DNA of 64,000 bases from Macrostomum lignano (Eukaryota): the NCBI GenBank assembly GCA_002269645.1, contig NIVC01001788.1, forward strand, positions 38,077 to 102,076, written 5' to 3'. Below the pieces are notes generated by a model. The model was given only the letters and a program-made list of their open reading frames with translations. It was not told the DNA's origin and did no database searches. A program made the position numbers and the translations under genes. Positions 27,173 to 40,997 of this stretch are shown here, piece by piece. Each line of letters starts with the position of its first letter. Position 1 is the first letter of the stretch.

Positions 27173-27689
27173 ACAGAGCCGGAGAATTAGAGGGGAGTGA
27201 GCAGCACTTAATTGAACATGTTCTGGGGCTGTATATTTTGTGTGTTTCAGTTTGATCCTGGGACAAAATAACATTACATAGCAAGCCATCAAAAACACGC
27301 AGCAAAGAACTGCGCCTCAAGTTGCGTCATCTCCCGCCGACTGACGCAACTTCGCTCCCCTCGAACCTACCCCGAATCCCCGCGGGTCGAACTAGACGGG
27401 AGCTGCTTTGGCGAACAAACTCTCCAACTCTCGATTCTACGAAGTATTGAGAGATTTAAAAAGAGGGTGGGAAAGCTGCCCAATGAAATGCCAGATTTTG
27501 GCTTACGAGGGCCAGTTATCTCTTATCTAACTATTTGCCTTGACTGCCATTAAATACCCGTGTCATTTTCCTTCTATTGCGATGCGCGTGTGTTTGGTTA
27601 TGCCATTAGTACTGAGTACCTGTCTAGGCCTCTGATATGCTATGAGTTCTCTTCTCTAACCCCATTCCTGCCTATCTCACTCTGCTGAT

Positions 27690-27866
27690 GTCTCTCCTTC
27701 TCACCCTCACTCTCACTCTCACTCTCACTCTGTCTCTCACTCTCACTCTCCCCCTCTCACTCTCCGCCTCTCAATCTCACTCCCACTCTCACTCTCACTC
27801 TCACTCTCTCCCTCTCACTCTCTGTCTCTCACTCTCACTCTCCCCCTCTCACTCTCCGCCTCTCAA

Positions 27867-27912
<46 letters not shown>

Positions 27913-28325
27913 TCCCTCTCAATCTCTGTCTCTCACTCTCACTCTCCCGCTCTCACTCTCCGCCTCTCACTCTCACTCTCCCCCTCTCACTCTCTGTCTC
28001 TCACTCTCACTCTCCCCCTCTCACTCCCCCCTCTCACTCTTTCCCTCTCACTCTCCCCCTCTCACTCTCACTCTCCCCCTCTCACTCTCCGCCTCTCCCT
28101 CTCGCTATCTCCCTCTTCCTCTCTCCCTCTCCCTCTCTCCCTCTCCCTCTCTCCCTCTCCCTCTCTCCTTCTCCCTCTCTCCCTCTCACTCTCTCCCTCT
28201 CACTCTCTCCCTTTCGCTCTCTCCTTCTCGCTCTCTCCTTCTCGCTCTCTCTATCTCTCTCTCCCTCTCTCTCTTCCTCTCTCCCTCTCGCTCTCTCCCT
28301 CTCCCTCTCTCCCGCCTACTCTCTT
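27690..28325. repeat. CT-rich low-complexity tract ((tctcac)n grading to (tctccc)n)
   Basis: Directly visible; source of spurious Leu/Ser/Thr ORFs. Confidence 0.93.
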
Positions 28326-28934
28326 TCTCCCAGGTGTTTCTCCCACCAGCTCTATCGAAATTAAAGGAGATCATAACCCTGCCCCAGAAAGTCACCATGC
28401 CTTCGATTGCAAGCCAAGCCACACAATTAAAAATGGACAAATATTAATTTGACCGGGATTATAAACTGGAACTCAAAAACATCACAGGACAAATGGGTTA
28501 AACGAAAACTCAGCGTATTGACAACTGCAAACCCAAGGTCACGTGACCCTCAATTGCCTCTGTCAAGCTACTCATTATAGCTAGCCAGCCACCGGACAAT
28601 CCGTCTTATTTTAATCTGGCAGAGTCAGAGAGCCAGTCGAATGTGGGCTGACTTGCACGTGTTCATCTTAATTAGCTTGAGTAGTTTAAGCTAGTTTGAG
28701 CTCGACTTACCTGTGCTGTTTGTTTACTTACCTTTATCCCCACCGCTAAGATCTCAAAAATAATCAATAGTTCCGTATCCTGGCAATTAAAATTGAATTA
28801 GGAAGCCAGGGCATTAGTATGAAAACTGACGCGTTTTGAGTGGACACAAATCAATCAAGCTGACCTCAGTGAATCTTCCAATCGGTTTGTGGCTTTAGTG
28901 GCAGTTGTTCCATGACTCTTGATTAGTTTATAAC

Positions 28935-30115
28935 TCTCGCAATGATTCTATGACCCTCATAATGATTCTATGACAGTCGCAATGATTCAATGACACTCAC
29001 AATGATTATATGACCCTCCCAATGATTATATGACTCCCGCAATGATTCGATGACCCTCACAATGATTATAAGACCCTTACATTGATTCTATGACTCCCGC
29101 AATGATTCTATGAGCCTCACAATGATTATATGACCCTCACAATGATTATATGACTCCCGCAATGATTCTATGACCCTCATAATGATTATATGACCCTCAC
29201 AATGATTATATGACTCCCGCAATGATTCGATGACCCTCACATTGATTCTATGACCCTCACAATGATTCTATGACCCTCACAATGATTATATGACCCTCCC
29301 AATGATTCTATGACCCTCAAAATGATTATATGACCCTCCCAATGATTCTATGACCCTCACAATGATTTTATGACCCTCACAACGATTATATGGCTCCCGC
29401 AATGATTCTATGACCTCACAATGATTATATGACCCTCACAATGATTATATGACCCTTACATTGATTCTATGACTCCCGCAATGATTCTATGACCCTCATA
29501 ATGATTATATGACCCTCACAATGATTCTATGACTCCCGCAATGATTCGATGACCCTCACAATGATTATAAGACCCTTACATTGATTCTATGACTCCCGCA
29601 ATGATTCTATGAGCCTCACAATGATTATATGACTCCCGCAATGATTCTATGACCCTCATAATGATTATATGACCCTCACAATGATTATATGACTCCCGCA
29701 ATGATTCGATGACCCTCACAATGATTCTATGACCCTCACAATGATTCTATGACCCTCACAATGATTATATGACCCTCCCAATGATTCTATGACCCTCACA
29801 ATGATTATATGACCCTCCCAATGATTCTATGACCCTCACAATGATTTTATGACCCTCACAACGATTATATGGCTCCCGCAATGATTCTATGACCTCACAA
29901 TGATTATATGACCCTCACAATGATTATATGACCCTTACATTGATTCTATGACTCCCGCAATGATTCGATGACCCTCACAATGATTCTATGACCCTCACAA
30001 CGATTAGATGACTCCCGCAATGATTCCATGACCTCACAATGATTATATGACCCTCACAATGATTATATCACTCCCGCAATGATTATATGACTCCCGCAAT
30101 GATTCTATGACCTCC
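28935..30115. repeat. 20-bp minisatellite (aatgattctatgaccctcac) with higher-order structure
   Basis: About 59 units with recurring blocks of variants. Confidence 0.95.
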
Positions 30116-30344
30116 TCGATTGCAATTTTTTTACTCTCTCAATGACCCCTTCTATCATTATCAAGTCATTTTCTGTATTATTCTGTTGGATAAATCGATG
30201 CTACGTTAATATTTTATAATTCCCAACATAAATGTTACTGCCAAGTAGTGGGAAGCGCCTATTTTCTGTTCTTTACTGCCATTCAATGTCACAATATAAG
30301 CCCATTCCCTTCGAGCCTCGGCATCTCAGCTTTCCCCACTTGAG

Positions 30345-30947
<603 letters not shown>

Positions 30948-30948
<1 letters not shown>

Positions 30949-31276
30949 ACTTGGCATCTCAGAATTCCCCACTTGGCATCTCAGAATTCCCCACTTGGCA
31001 TCTCAGAATTCCCCACTTGGCATCTCAGAATTCCCCACTTGGCATCTCAGAATTCCCCACTTGGCATCTCAGAATTCCCCACTTGGCATCTCAGAATTCC
31101 CCACTTGGCATCTCAGAATTCCCCACTTGGCATCTCAGAATTCCCCACTTGGCATCTCAGAATTCCCCACTTGGCATCTCGAAATTCCCCACTTGGCATC
31201 TCAGAATTCCCCACTTGGCATCTCAGAATTCCCCACTTGGCATCTCAGAATTCCCCACTTGGCATCTCAGAATTCA
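30948..31276. repeat. 22-bp minisatellite (cacttggcatctcagaattccc)
   Basis: About 15 near-perfect units abutting the LINE 5' end. Confidence 0.96.
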
Positions 31277-31942
31277 CCAATCAGTTTTGGTGCAAATATT
31301 TAGCACTAATTCCCTGTCACACAAATTCTAAACATCAATATTCGGGAATAGAGCTTAGTACTGAGTCTGTTTAGTGATAATAATACTCAGTCTGTATGAA
31401 TTTGACAGTTTAATTACACTCAAAACCACTTGAAAGTCTACTAATAGCAATAGAATTGGCATTTCGTATGGGGAGGTGGAAAATATTGAGTAATAAAAGC
31501 AGAAATTATTGTTTGACAAGGCCTCTTCAATCAATTATGAGTGGCTTATACTAGCTAGAGAAGTTATATGCCAGCCTATTTTGCTTGCTTTTAGCTGAAG
31601 TCGCCATCAACTGTTTGCCAATTCCCAATAATATGGCACTGTGTTTTTTCTATTGACTGACTGACGCGAACTTTTTCAGCATCTGAAATGGGAAAACTAA
31701 TTAATAGAAAAGCGGTTGCTAAACACTGAGTGGCCCTGGCGCCACGGCTCCTCTGCCGGCCGTGTGTGTTTGATTAAACATTACTTAGCCATCAAGCACT
31801 TCCAGTTAGTCAATGTTTCTAACATAAACATTACAGCCGGTGCGTTTGTATGCCTTCAAGAGTCTGTGTTCGATATTTTATAGAGCTATTTTTATCACAA
31901 GCTGATGGAGGCTACAAACAAGTTTTTAATGTGCAGAATATA

Positions 31943-32745
31943 GCTTACCTGAGTTCACACAGTCTGTCTAGGCTTACCTGAGTTCACACAGTCTGTCTAG
32001 GCTTACCTGAGTTCACACAGTCTGTCTAGGCTTACCTGAGTTCACACAGTCTGTCTAGGCTTACCTGAGTTCACACAGTCTGTCTAGGCTTACCTGAGTT
32101 CACACAGTCTGTCTAGGCTTACCTGAGTTCACACAGTCTGTCTAGGCTTACCTGAGTTCACACAGTCTGTCTAGGCTTACCTGAGTTCACACAGTCTGTC
32201 TAGGCTTACCTGAGTTCACACAGTCTGTCTAGGCTTACCTGAGTTCACACAGTCTGTCTAGGCTTACCTGAGTTCACACAGTCTGTCTAGGCTTACCTGA
32301 GTTCACACAGTCTGTCTAGGCTTACCTGAGTTCACACAGTCTGTCTAGGCTTACCTGAGTTCACACAGTCTGTCTAGGCTTACCTGAGTTCACACAGTCT
32401 GTCTAGGCTTACCTGAGTTCACACAGTCTGTCTAGGCTTACCTGAGTTCACACAGTCTGTCTAGGCTTACCTGTATCCACTCAGTCTGTAATAAGTAAGC
32501 TTACCTGGATTCACAGAGACTTGTGAAATAAGCTACCTGGAGTCACACAGACTGTGAAATAAGCTACCTGGAGTCACACAGACTGTGAAATAAGCTACCT
32601 GGAGTCACACAGACTGTGAAATAAGCTACCTGGGTTCACACAGACTGTGAAATAAGCTACCTGGAGTCACACAGACTGTGAAATAAGCTACCTGGGTTCA
32701 CACAGACTGTGAAATAAGCTAGCTGGAGTCACACAGGCTGTAATA
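31943..32745. repeat. 29-bp minisatellite (ctaggcttacctgagttcacacagtctgt) followed by a related 31-bp array (agctacctggagtcacacagactgtgaaata)
   Basis: About 18 perfect units (31943-32472), then about 8 related units (32500-32745). Confidence 0.95.
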
Positions 32746-32829
32746 AATTGCCCTAAATTAGAACTTGTACCTCTGGCTAAGGAGAAGGGTGGCTGGGATC
32801 GAGTCCGCGAGGATTTTGAGCCCGATATA

Positions 32830-33280
32830 CTCCTCGAGAGTCTTGAGGCACAGTTCGCAAATGCTTCTTGAAAGACGCCGGGAAGATCCAGGGGACACCG
32901 GATGTTCTTAGCAGCAGGCTCTGCCATAAACTCTATAGAGGGCATCGAGGTTACTCTTGACGTTCAGACCGCTAGCCCATACCGAGGCTTAGTTGTGTGG
33001 GGTCCAGTTAAACCTGTGATCTAGAGTGAGGCCCAGACAACGGACCTAGCTGTTTCATCATAGAAATGTCCTTTGCATAATGGGTGAGGCACTTCATGGT
33101 CCAGGGCAGTTTGTTGGTGAGCGTGACCGCTGTGGTTTTCGACTCTGAGAGCCCGAGGCAGGCGTCGGCAAACTCCTGCTCGTAAAGCCACTCTATCCGG
33201 ACCTCGGGTTCTTTGAAACTTTACAAGAGCAACCCGGCCCGCTCAGGGTTTGTGTCTCTTCTCAGCTCTCTTCTCTCTCA
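32830..33280 (-). pseudogene. Degraded non-LTR reverse transcriptase fragment
   Basis: Broken frames read LGLSESKTTAVTLTNK and VRCLGLTLDHRFNWTPH, matching the late RT motifs LxxxKT and LGxxLDxxLxWxxH. The 33190-33280 segment recurs at ~62370-62460. Confidence 0.6.
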
Positions 33281-33514
33281 TCTCCTCTCTCTTCTCTCTC
33301 TTCCCTCCTCTCCTTTCTCCTCTCCTTTCTTTCCTTTCCTCTCCCTTCTCTCCTCTCCCTTCTTTCCTCCTGTTCAAGGACGCTTCAAGTTAGGCTAACT
33401 GGACTGGAGACTGAACTCCGTCCTTTCTCGTTTTATTAATAGCTATGAGCTTTAATGTGAGTGACTTTTGTAGTAGTAGCACTTCTGTAGCTTGCACCTC
33501 AGTACATCCCCCCT

Positions 33515-35830
33515 TGGTAGTTAGCGCCCCCATCTGCAGCTGGGGCCCTCTCATTAGCTGGTGCCCTCTCAGTAGCTGGCGTCTCCTCTGTAGCTGGGAC
33601 CCTCTCAGTAGCTGGCGCCCCTGTGTTGCTGGCACCCTCTCAGTAGCTGGAGCCCCCTCTGTAGTTGGCGCCCCCTCTGTAGCTGGGACCCTCTCAGTAG
33701 CTGGCGCCCTCTCATTAGCTGGCGCCCTCTCAGTAGCTGGCGTCTCCTCTATAGCTGGCGCCCCTTTGTAGCTGGCGTCTCCTCTGTAGCTGGCGCCCCT
33801 TTGTAGCTGGCGTCTCCTCTGTAGCTGGCGCCCTCTCAGTAGCTGGCGCCCCTGTATTGCTGGCACCCTCTCAGTAGCTGGAGCCCCCTCTGTAGTTGGC
33901 GCCCCCTCTGTAGCTGGGACCCTCTCAGTAGCTGGCGCCATCTCATTAGCTGGCGCCCCCTCTGTTGCTGGCGCCCCTCTGTAGCTGGCGCCCCCTCTGT
34001 AGCTGACGCCCCTTTGTAGCTGGCGCCCCCTCTGTAGCTGGCGCCCCTCTGTAGCTGGCGCCCCCTCTGTAGCTGGCGCCCCCTCTGTAGCTGGCGCCCC
34101 TCTGTAGCTGGCGCCCCCTCTGTAGCTGGCGTCTCCTCTGTAGCTGGCGCCCCCTCTGTAGCTGGCGCCCCCTCTGTAGCTGGCGTCTCCTCTGTAGCTG
34201 GCGCCCCCTCTGTAGCTGGCGCCCCCTCTGTAGCTGGCGTCTCCTCTGTAGCTGACGCCCCTGTATTGCTGGCACCCTCTCAGTAGCTGGAGCCCCCTCT
34301 GTAGTTGGCGCCCCCTCTGTAGCTGGGACCCTCTCAGTAGCTGGCGCCATCTCATTAGCTGGCGCCCCCTCTGTTGCTGGCGCCCCTCTGTAGCTGGCGC
34401 CCCCTCTGTAGCTGACGCCCCTTTGTAGCTGGCGCCCCCTCTGTAGCTGGCGCCCCTCTGTAGCTGGCGCCCCCTCTGTAGCTGGCGCCCCCTCTGTAGC
34501 TGGCGTCTCCTCTGTAGCTGACGCCCCTCTGTAGCTGGCGCCCCCTCTGTAGCTGGCGCCCCTCTGTAGCTGGCGCCCCCTCTGTAGCTGGCGTCTCCTC
34601 TGTAGCTGGCGCCCCCTCTGTAGCTGGCGCCCCCTCTGTAGCTGGCGTCTCCTCTGTAGCTGACGCCCCTCTGTAGCTGGCGCCCCCTCTGTAGCTGGCG
34701 CCCCTCTGTAGCTGGCGCCCCCTCTGTAGCTGGCGCCCCCTCTGTAGCTGGCGTCTCCTCTGTAGCTGGCGCCCCTTTGTAGCTGGCGTCTCCTCTGTAG
34801 CTGGCGCCCTCTCAGTAGCTGGCGCCCCTGTATAGCTGGCGCCCTCTCAGTAGCTGGCGTCTCCTCTGTAGCTGGCGCCCCCTCTGTAGCTGACGCCCCT
34901 TTGTAGCTGGCGCCCCTCTGTAGCTGGCGCCCCCTCTGTAGCTGGCGCCCCCTCTGTAGCTGGCGTCTCCTCTGTAGCTGGCGCCCCCTCTGTAGCTGGC
35001 GCCCCCTCTGTAGCTGGCGTCTCCTCTGTAGCTGGCGCCCCCTCTGTAGCTGGCGCCCCCTCTGTAGCTGGCGTCTCCTCTGTAGCTGACGCCCCTGTAT
35101 TGCTGGCACCCTCTCAGTAGCTGGAGCCCCCTCTGTAGTTGGCGCCCCCTCTGTAGCTGGGACCCTCTCAGTAGCTGGCGCCATCTCATTAGCTGGCGCC
35201 CCCTCTGTTGCTGGCGCCCCTCTGTAGCTGGCGCCCCCTCTGTAGCTGACGCCCCTTTGTAGCTGGCGCCCCCTCTGTAGCTGGCGCCCCTCTGTAGCTG
35301 GCGCCCCCTCTGTAGCTGGCGCCCCCTCTGTAGCTGGCGTCTCCTCTGTAGCTGACGCCCCTCTGTAGCTGGCGCCCCCTCTGTAGCTGGCGCCCCTCTG
35401 TAGCTGGCGCCCCCTCTGTAGCTGGCGTCTCCTCTGTAGCTGGCGCCCCCTCTGTAGCTGGCGCCCCCTCTGTAGCTGGCGTCTCCTCTGTAGCTGACGC
35501 CCCTCTGTAGCTGGCGCCCCCTCTGTAGCTGGCGCCCCTCTGTAGCTGGCGCCCCCTCTGTAGCTGGCGCCCCCTCTGTAGCTGGCGTCTCCTCTGTAGC
35601 TGGCGCCCCTTTGTAGCTGGCGTCTCCTCTGTAGCTGGCGCCCTCTCAGTAGCTGGCGCCCCTGTATAGCTGGCGCCCTCTCAGTAGCTGGCGTCTCCTC
35701 TGTAGCTGGCGCCCCCTCTGTAGCTGACGCCCCTTTGTAGCTGGCGCCCCCTCTGTAGCTGGCGCCCCCTCTGTAGCTGGCGCCCCCTCTGTAGCTGGCG
35801 TCTCCTCTGTAGCTGACGCCCCTCTGTAGC
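33515..35830. repeat. 18-19-bp minisatellite (tagctggcgccccctctg) with higher-order block duplications
   Basis: About 125 units; the diagnostic variant block recurs at ~33850, 34260 and 35095. Source of the spurious 321- and 642-aa ORFs. Confidence 0.96.
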
Positions 35831-36034
35831 TGTAGCCCCGTCCTTCTACTTGATTCGACCCTGATAATTCGCACCTTGGTGGTTGACCAATCCGAGAAAT
35901 GCCTTTATGAGATACCCAATTGAGGGCCAGAGAATTTAAACTTTACCACCCCGTCCAGAATTAATCAGTCACACAAGCACCCAAGTCGGTGAGCTGCTGA
36001 GCTACTCAACAAAACAAATAGCGACTCTCACACG

Positions 36035-39000
36035 ATGTCGCAAGCCGGACCGGACAGCTCCAGCGCAGAGTTGAGGGTGAAACGGGCCAAACTTCGGGTG
36101 CTGCAGTTCGCCACGTCAACCAGCGGTCACGGATACAAGAATGTGGCCGAGTCTGAGTCCAGAATCAAAACCATTTTGTGGTCCCTGCTGCTCACTGGAG
36201 CTATCTGCGGCCTGTCCTACCACCTGGCCCTGATCTCAGTCAAGTACTTCGCCTACCAGAAGCGGGTGATCACCAACAACGTGCTGGAGCCGCTGCACTT
36301 TCCTAAAGTGGCCATCTGTCCCACCAGCTACTTTTCCAGCTACCTGATGACCCAGCCGGGTAACTGGGTAGTGCGCGACCTGCACAATCAGCTGTTCAAC
36401 TTGACCTCGCCGTATTTTGGCGTAGCCGAAGAAGATCGTCGAGAGGCGGTGGCGGACAAGGCTCTGCTGGACGCCTACCTGGAGGGCCGTCTGCCAGAGC
36501 TGGCCAATGTGACCACCGCTCTGGACTCGGTGATGCTCACCTGCAGCTTCAACTGGCGCTCGTGCAGCGCGGCGAATTTCACTGCGGTGGCCTCGGATCG
36601 GTACGGCATCTGCTTCGTGTTCGAGCCGACTGGATCCAGCGCCTGGGTGAGCTGAGCAGTTCTAAAGGGTGTCAGAGGGGGCTGCTGGTAGATTGACCGA
36701 TGTTTGGTGTCACTGTGACTCACTTTTTGGGCATTAAAGTGATTCATTTGTCATTACCATGACTCATTCTCAGTATCATCGGTGTGATTCATTCTCAGCA
36801 TCATCGGTGTGATTCATTCTCAGCATCATCGGTGTGATTCATTCTCAGCATCATCGGTGTGATTCATTCTCAGCATCATCGGTGTGACTCATTCTCAGCA
36901 TCATCGGTGTGACTCATTCTCAGTATCATCAGTGTGACTAATTCTCAGTATCATCGGTGTGACCTATTTTCAGTATCATCTACCCTGACTCATTTTCAGT
37001 ATCATCTACCCTAGCTGACTCATTTTCAGTTATCATCTACCCTGACTCATTTTCAGTATCATCTACCCTAGCTGACTCATTTTCAGTTATCATCTACCCT
37101 GAATCATTTTCAGTATCATCTACCCTAGCTGACTCATTTTCAGTTATCATCTACCCTGACTCATTTTCAGTATCATCTACCCTAGCTGACTCATTTTCAG
37201 TTATCATCTACCCTGACTCATTTTCAGTTATCATCTACCCTGACTCATTTTCAGTTATCATCTACCCTGACTCATTTTCAGTTATCATCTACCCTGAATA
37301 ATTTACAGTTATCATCTACCCTGACTCATTTTCAGTTATCATCTACCCTGAATAATTTACAGTTATCATCTACCCTGACTCATTTTCAGTTATCATCTAC
37401 CCTGACTCATTTTCAGTTATCATCTACCCTGACTCATTTTCAGTTATCATCTACCCTGACTCATTTTCAGTTATCATCTACCCTGACTCATTTTCAGTTA
37501 TCATCTACCCTGACTCATTTTCAGTTATCATCTACCCTGAATAATTTACAGTTATCATCTACCCTGACTCATTTTCAGTTATCATCTACCCTGAATAATT
37601 TACAGTTATCATCTACCCTGACTCATTTTCAGTTAACATCTACCCTAGCTGACTCATTTTCAGTTATCATCTAACCCTGACTCATTTTCAGTTATCATCT
37701 ACCCTGACTCATTTTCAGTTATCATCTACCCTGACTCATTTTCAGTTATCATCTACCCTGACTCATTTTCAGTTATCATCTACCCTGACTCATTTTCAGT
37801 TATCATCTACCCTGACTCATTTTCAGTTATCATCTACCCTGACTCATTTTCAGTTATCATCTACCCTGACTCATTTTCAGCATCACCACAGCTCATTTTC
37901 CCTACCATAGCCATTCCATAGCATCAGCATTCCGAATACACCGATAGTCAAATTTAAACGAGAAAAGATTTCCTGTCTCAGAAAATCTCCCACACATTGA
38001 AAAAGCGCTCATCGTCAGAAATTCTCATTAATCCATAGGGATAATGTAGAGTCATGACGAAAGTCAACTGCAGCCCGTTTGTGTATTCAAAACCCCTGCT
38101 GCAAACACAGGTGTAGCTCAGGATCTGGGCTAGCTAGCTATATCGTACTATATTGATCGTTGAGCAGGGAGCTATATGAGCAAATATTTTTGTTCAGCTG
38201 GTCCGGAGCCCGGACCAAAGTTTGCTTTAAAGTGCATAAGTTTATAGTAATAATTATTATTTATGAATATTGAGAGTTCCTTTGCGTCTCGACTGAGCCA
38301 TTTCATACGAAGTTTTTGTCTGGCGCGTCATTTGCATCGATTATGTCTATTTTCATACAGAGTGCGCCTTATTTTCATAGACGGTGACTCATTTTACTAG
38401 ATGGCGCCTCATTTTACTAGATGGCGCCTCATTTTATTAGATGGCGCCTCATTTTCGTAGATGGCATCTCATTTTCATAGATAGCGCCTCATTTTACTGG
38501 ATGGCGCCTTATTTTACTAGATGGCGCCTCATTTTCGTAGGTAGCGCCTCATTTTACTGGATGGCGCCTGATTTTACTAGATGGCGCCTCATTTTATTAG
38601 ATGAAGTCACATTTTCATAGATGGCGCCTCATTTTACTAGATGGTGTCTCATTTTCGTAGATGGCAACTCATTTTACTGGATGGCGCCTCATTTTCGTAG
38701 ATGGCGCTTCATTTTCGTAGATGGATTCCTCATTTTACTAGATGACGCCTCATTTTCGTAGATGGCGCCTGATTTTACTACATGGCGCCTCACTTTACTA
38801 GATGAAGTCATATTTTTTTAGATGGCGCCTCATTTTATTAGATGAAGTCTCATTTTCGTAGATGATGATTTCGTAGATAGCGCCTCAATTTGATACAGAG
38901 GGCGCCCCATCTTCATAGGCCTTGCGAACCCGCCCGCAGGCCTACGGCGGCTACGACAACGGCCTGACCCTCTCGCTGGCCTACGAAGGCCTGAAGGACA

Positions 39001-40880
39001 GCTACTTCAGCACCTCGACACGGTACACTCGGGGCTACGCCTTCCTGCTGACCCCTTACGACAAGTTCACCAACTTCTTTCGGGCGGCGCCAGTGCCGGC
39101 GCCCGCTGGCCACCGCACGGACATCGGCCTGATGGTCGAGCGCACCAAACGGATGACCACCATCAACGACCCGTGCACCAAGCACCATCAGGCTGTCAAC
39201 TTTGACGGCTCCTCCGAGAACTACGACTACGACACGGTGAACTGCGTCGACATGGCGTTGAACTCGGCGATCAAAACCGCCTGCGGCTGCGTCACGGACA
39301 ACCTGCCGATTCCGCTGCCGCTGCAGCGGGACAGACGCTGCAGCCGGTTGAATTTCACCCAACTGGCCGGGGCGCCGCCGCGGATCAACTCCTTCGACCG
39401 GATGATGCTGGACAAAGCTTGCGTCGACAATCAGCTACGATTTAACGACGATCTGACAGTCTACGGACGGCTGGTGTCCGCCTGTCAGAAGGCCTGCAAA
39501 GAGGAGGGCATTGTGGCCCACGCCGCCACAACGGCTCTGCCAACAACCTCTGCGGGCAGCGGCGGCACTGCTGGCAGTCAGTGGACCGGCGACGTTGAGC
39601 GACTGCTGCTGCAGACCTGGCAGAGGGCGCCCGACCGGTCCTTCATTCCAGCGCTGATCAACGTCAGCTCAGCAGGCGGCAAGATGCTCAGCGGTATATC
39701 GGCCAGCGACCACGTGGTTCAAGCCAACATCTACTTCCTGTCCTCTAGGGTTACCCTGTTCGAGGAGGACTGGCAATATCCATTGAGAGCTTCCTGTCTG
39801 AGGCTGGCGGAGTGATTGGTGAGCTGACCAGGCCGGGAAGTTGGTTGGGGATATGTACAGTTGGTTGAGGATATGTACAGTTGGTTGGGGACATGTACAG
39901 TTGGTTGAGGATATGTACAGTTGGTTGGGGATATGTACAATTGGTTGAGGATATGTACAGTTGGTTGGGGATATGTACAGTTGGTTGGGGACATGTACAG
40001 TTGGTTAAGGATATGTACAGTTGGTTGGGGATATGTACAGTTGGTTGGGGACATGTACAGTTGGTTGAGGATATGTACAGTGGGTTGGGGTTATGCACAG
40101 TTGGTCGGGGATATGTACAGTTGGTTGGGGATATGTACAGTTGGTTGGGGACATGTACAGTTGTTTGGGGATATGTACAGTTGGTTGGGGATATGTACAG
40201 TTGGTTGGGGACATGTACAGTTGGTTGAGGATATGTACAGTGGGTTGGGGTTATGCACAGTTGGTCGGGGATATGTACAGTTGGTTGGGGATATGTACAG
40301 TTGGTTGGGGACATGTACAGTTGGTTGGGGACATGTACAGTTGGTTGAGGATATGTACAGTGGGTTGGGGTTATGCACAGTTGGTCGGGGATATGTACAG
40401 TTGGTTGGGGATATGTACAGTTGGTTGGGGACATGTACAGTTGGTTGGGGACATGTACAGTTGGTTGAGGATATGTACAGTGGGTTGGGGTTATGCACAG
40501 TTGGTCGGGGATATGTACAGTGTTGGCTGTGGTCAAAGAACACAATCGAAACACAAAATTGGCCCGATGCTTGTCGTGCGATTATCCAAGGCAGTGCATG
40601 ACAGAGAACGTCAAGGTTGCTGTGCATACCTTTCGTGCCCGTTCAGGGGACAGTCTGGTAAACTAATTTAGCATCAACTACACTTGGTTGAATAACTAAT
40701 TCTGCCTCGCCAGGTCTCTGGGTCGGAGCCTCCGTCCTAACCATGCTGGAATTCGTAGAACTACTCGTTGGCCTAATCGCGATAGGGTTCAACATCCGAT
40801 CCGCTAAATGCCACGCTGCTGGCCGAGCTGACAGCACGGAGCTGGTGGAAGCTACTGCCGCAGTGAACAAGGCGGCCTAA
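36035..40880 (+). CDS. DEG/ENaC-family ion channel, exons 36035-36646, 38919-39818 and 40714-40880 (~559 aa), with an apparent 1-nt deletion at ~39780
   Basis: FATSTSGHG, TM1, FPKVAICP, CSFNWRSC..YGICFVF, GLTLSL, Cys-rich thumb, and TM2 FLSEAGGVIGLWVGASVLTMLEF with the GxS filter. GT-AG junctions are in phase once one C is restored at 39780-39781. Confidence 0.9.
36770..37890. repeat. Intronic minisatellites: 25-bp (tgattcattctcagcatcatcggtg) then 27-bp (ctgactcattttcagttatcatctacc)
   Basis: Tandem units in DEG/ENaC intron 1. Confidence 0.94.
38390..38918. repeat. Intronic 20-bp minisatellite (atggcgcctcattttactag)
   Basis: About 24 degenerate units ending at the exon-2 acceptor. Confidence 0.9.
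39840..40520. repeat. Intronic 20-bp minisatellite (tgtacagttggttggggata)
   Basis: About 34 units in DEG/ENaC intron 2. Confidence 0.95.
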
Positions 40881-40997
40881 CTTTCTGAGAATAAATGAAC
40901 CCGATTCAGCGGGTGATCCGATTAAACGGGGTGAAATTTACAGTGCTGGTACTCCTAGCAGGGGTTTAATCATGATTTTTTCTTTCATTTGAATGCT

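Noticed and set aside
33390-35874. Long ORFs (321 and 642 aa), and similar ones at 11573, 15663, 27688, 39751, 40966-42068, 46605-48045, 58289 and 60430
   Set aside because: They are translations of stop-free satellites, open in several frames and on both strands, with no domain content.
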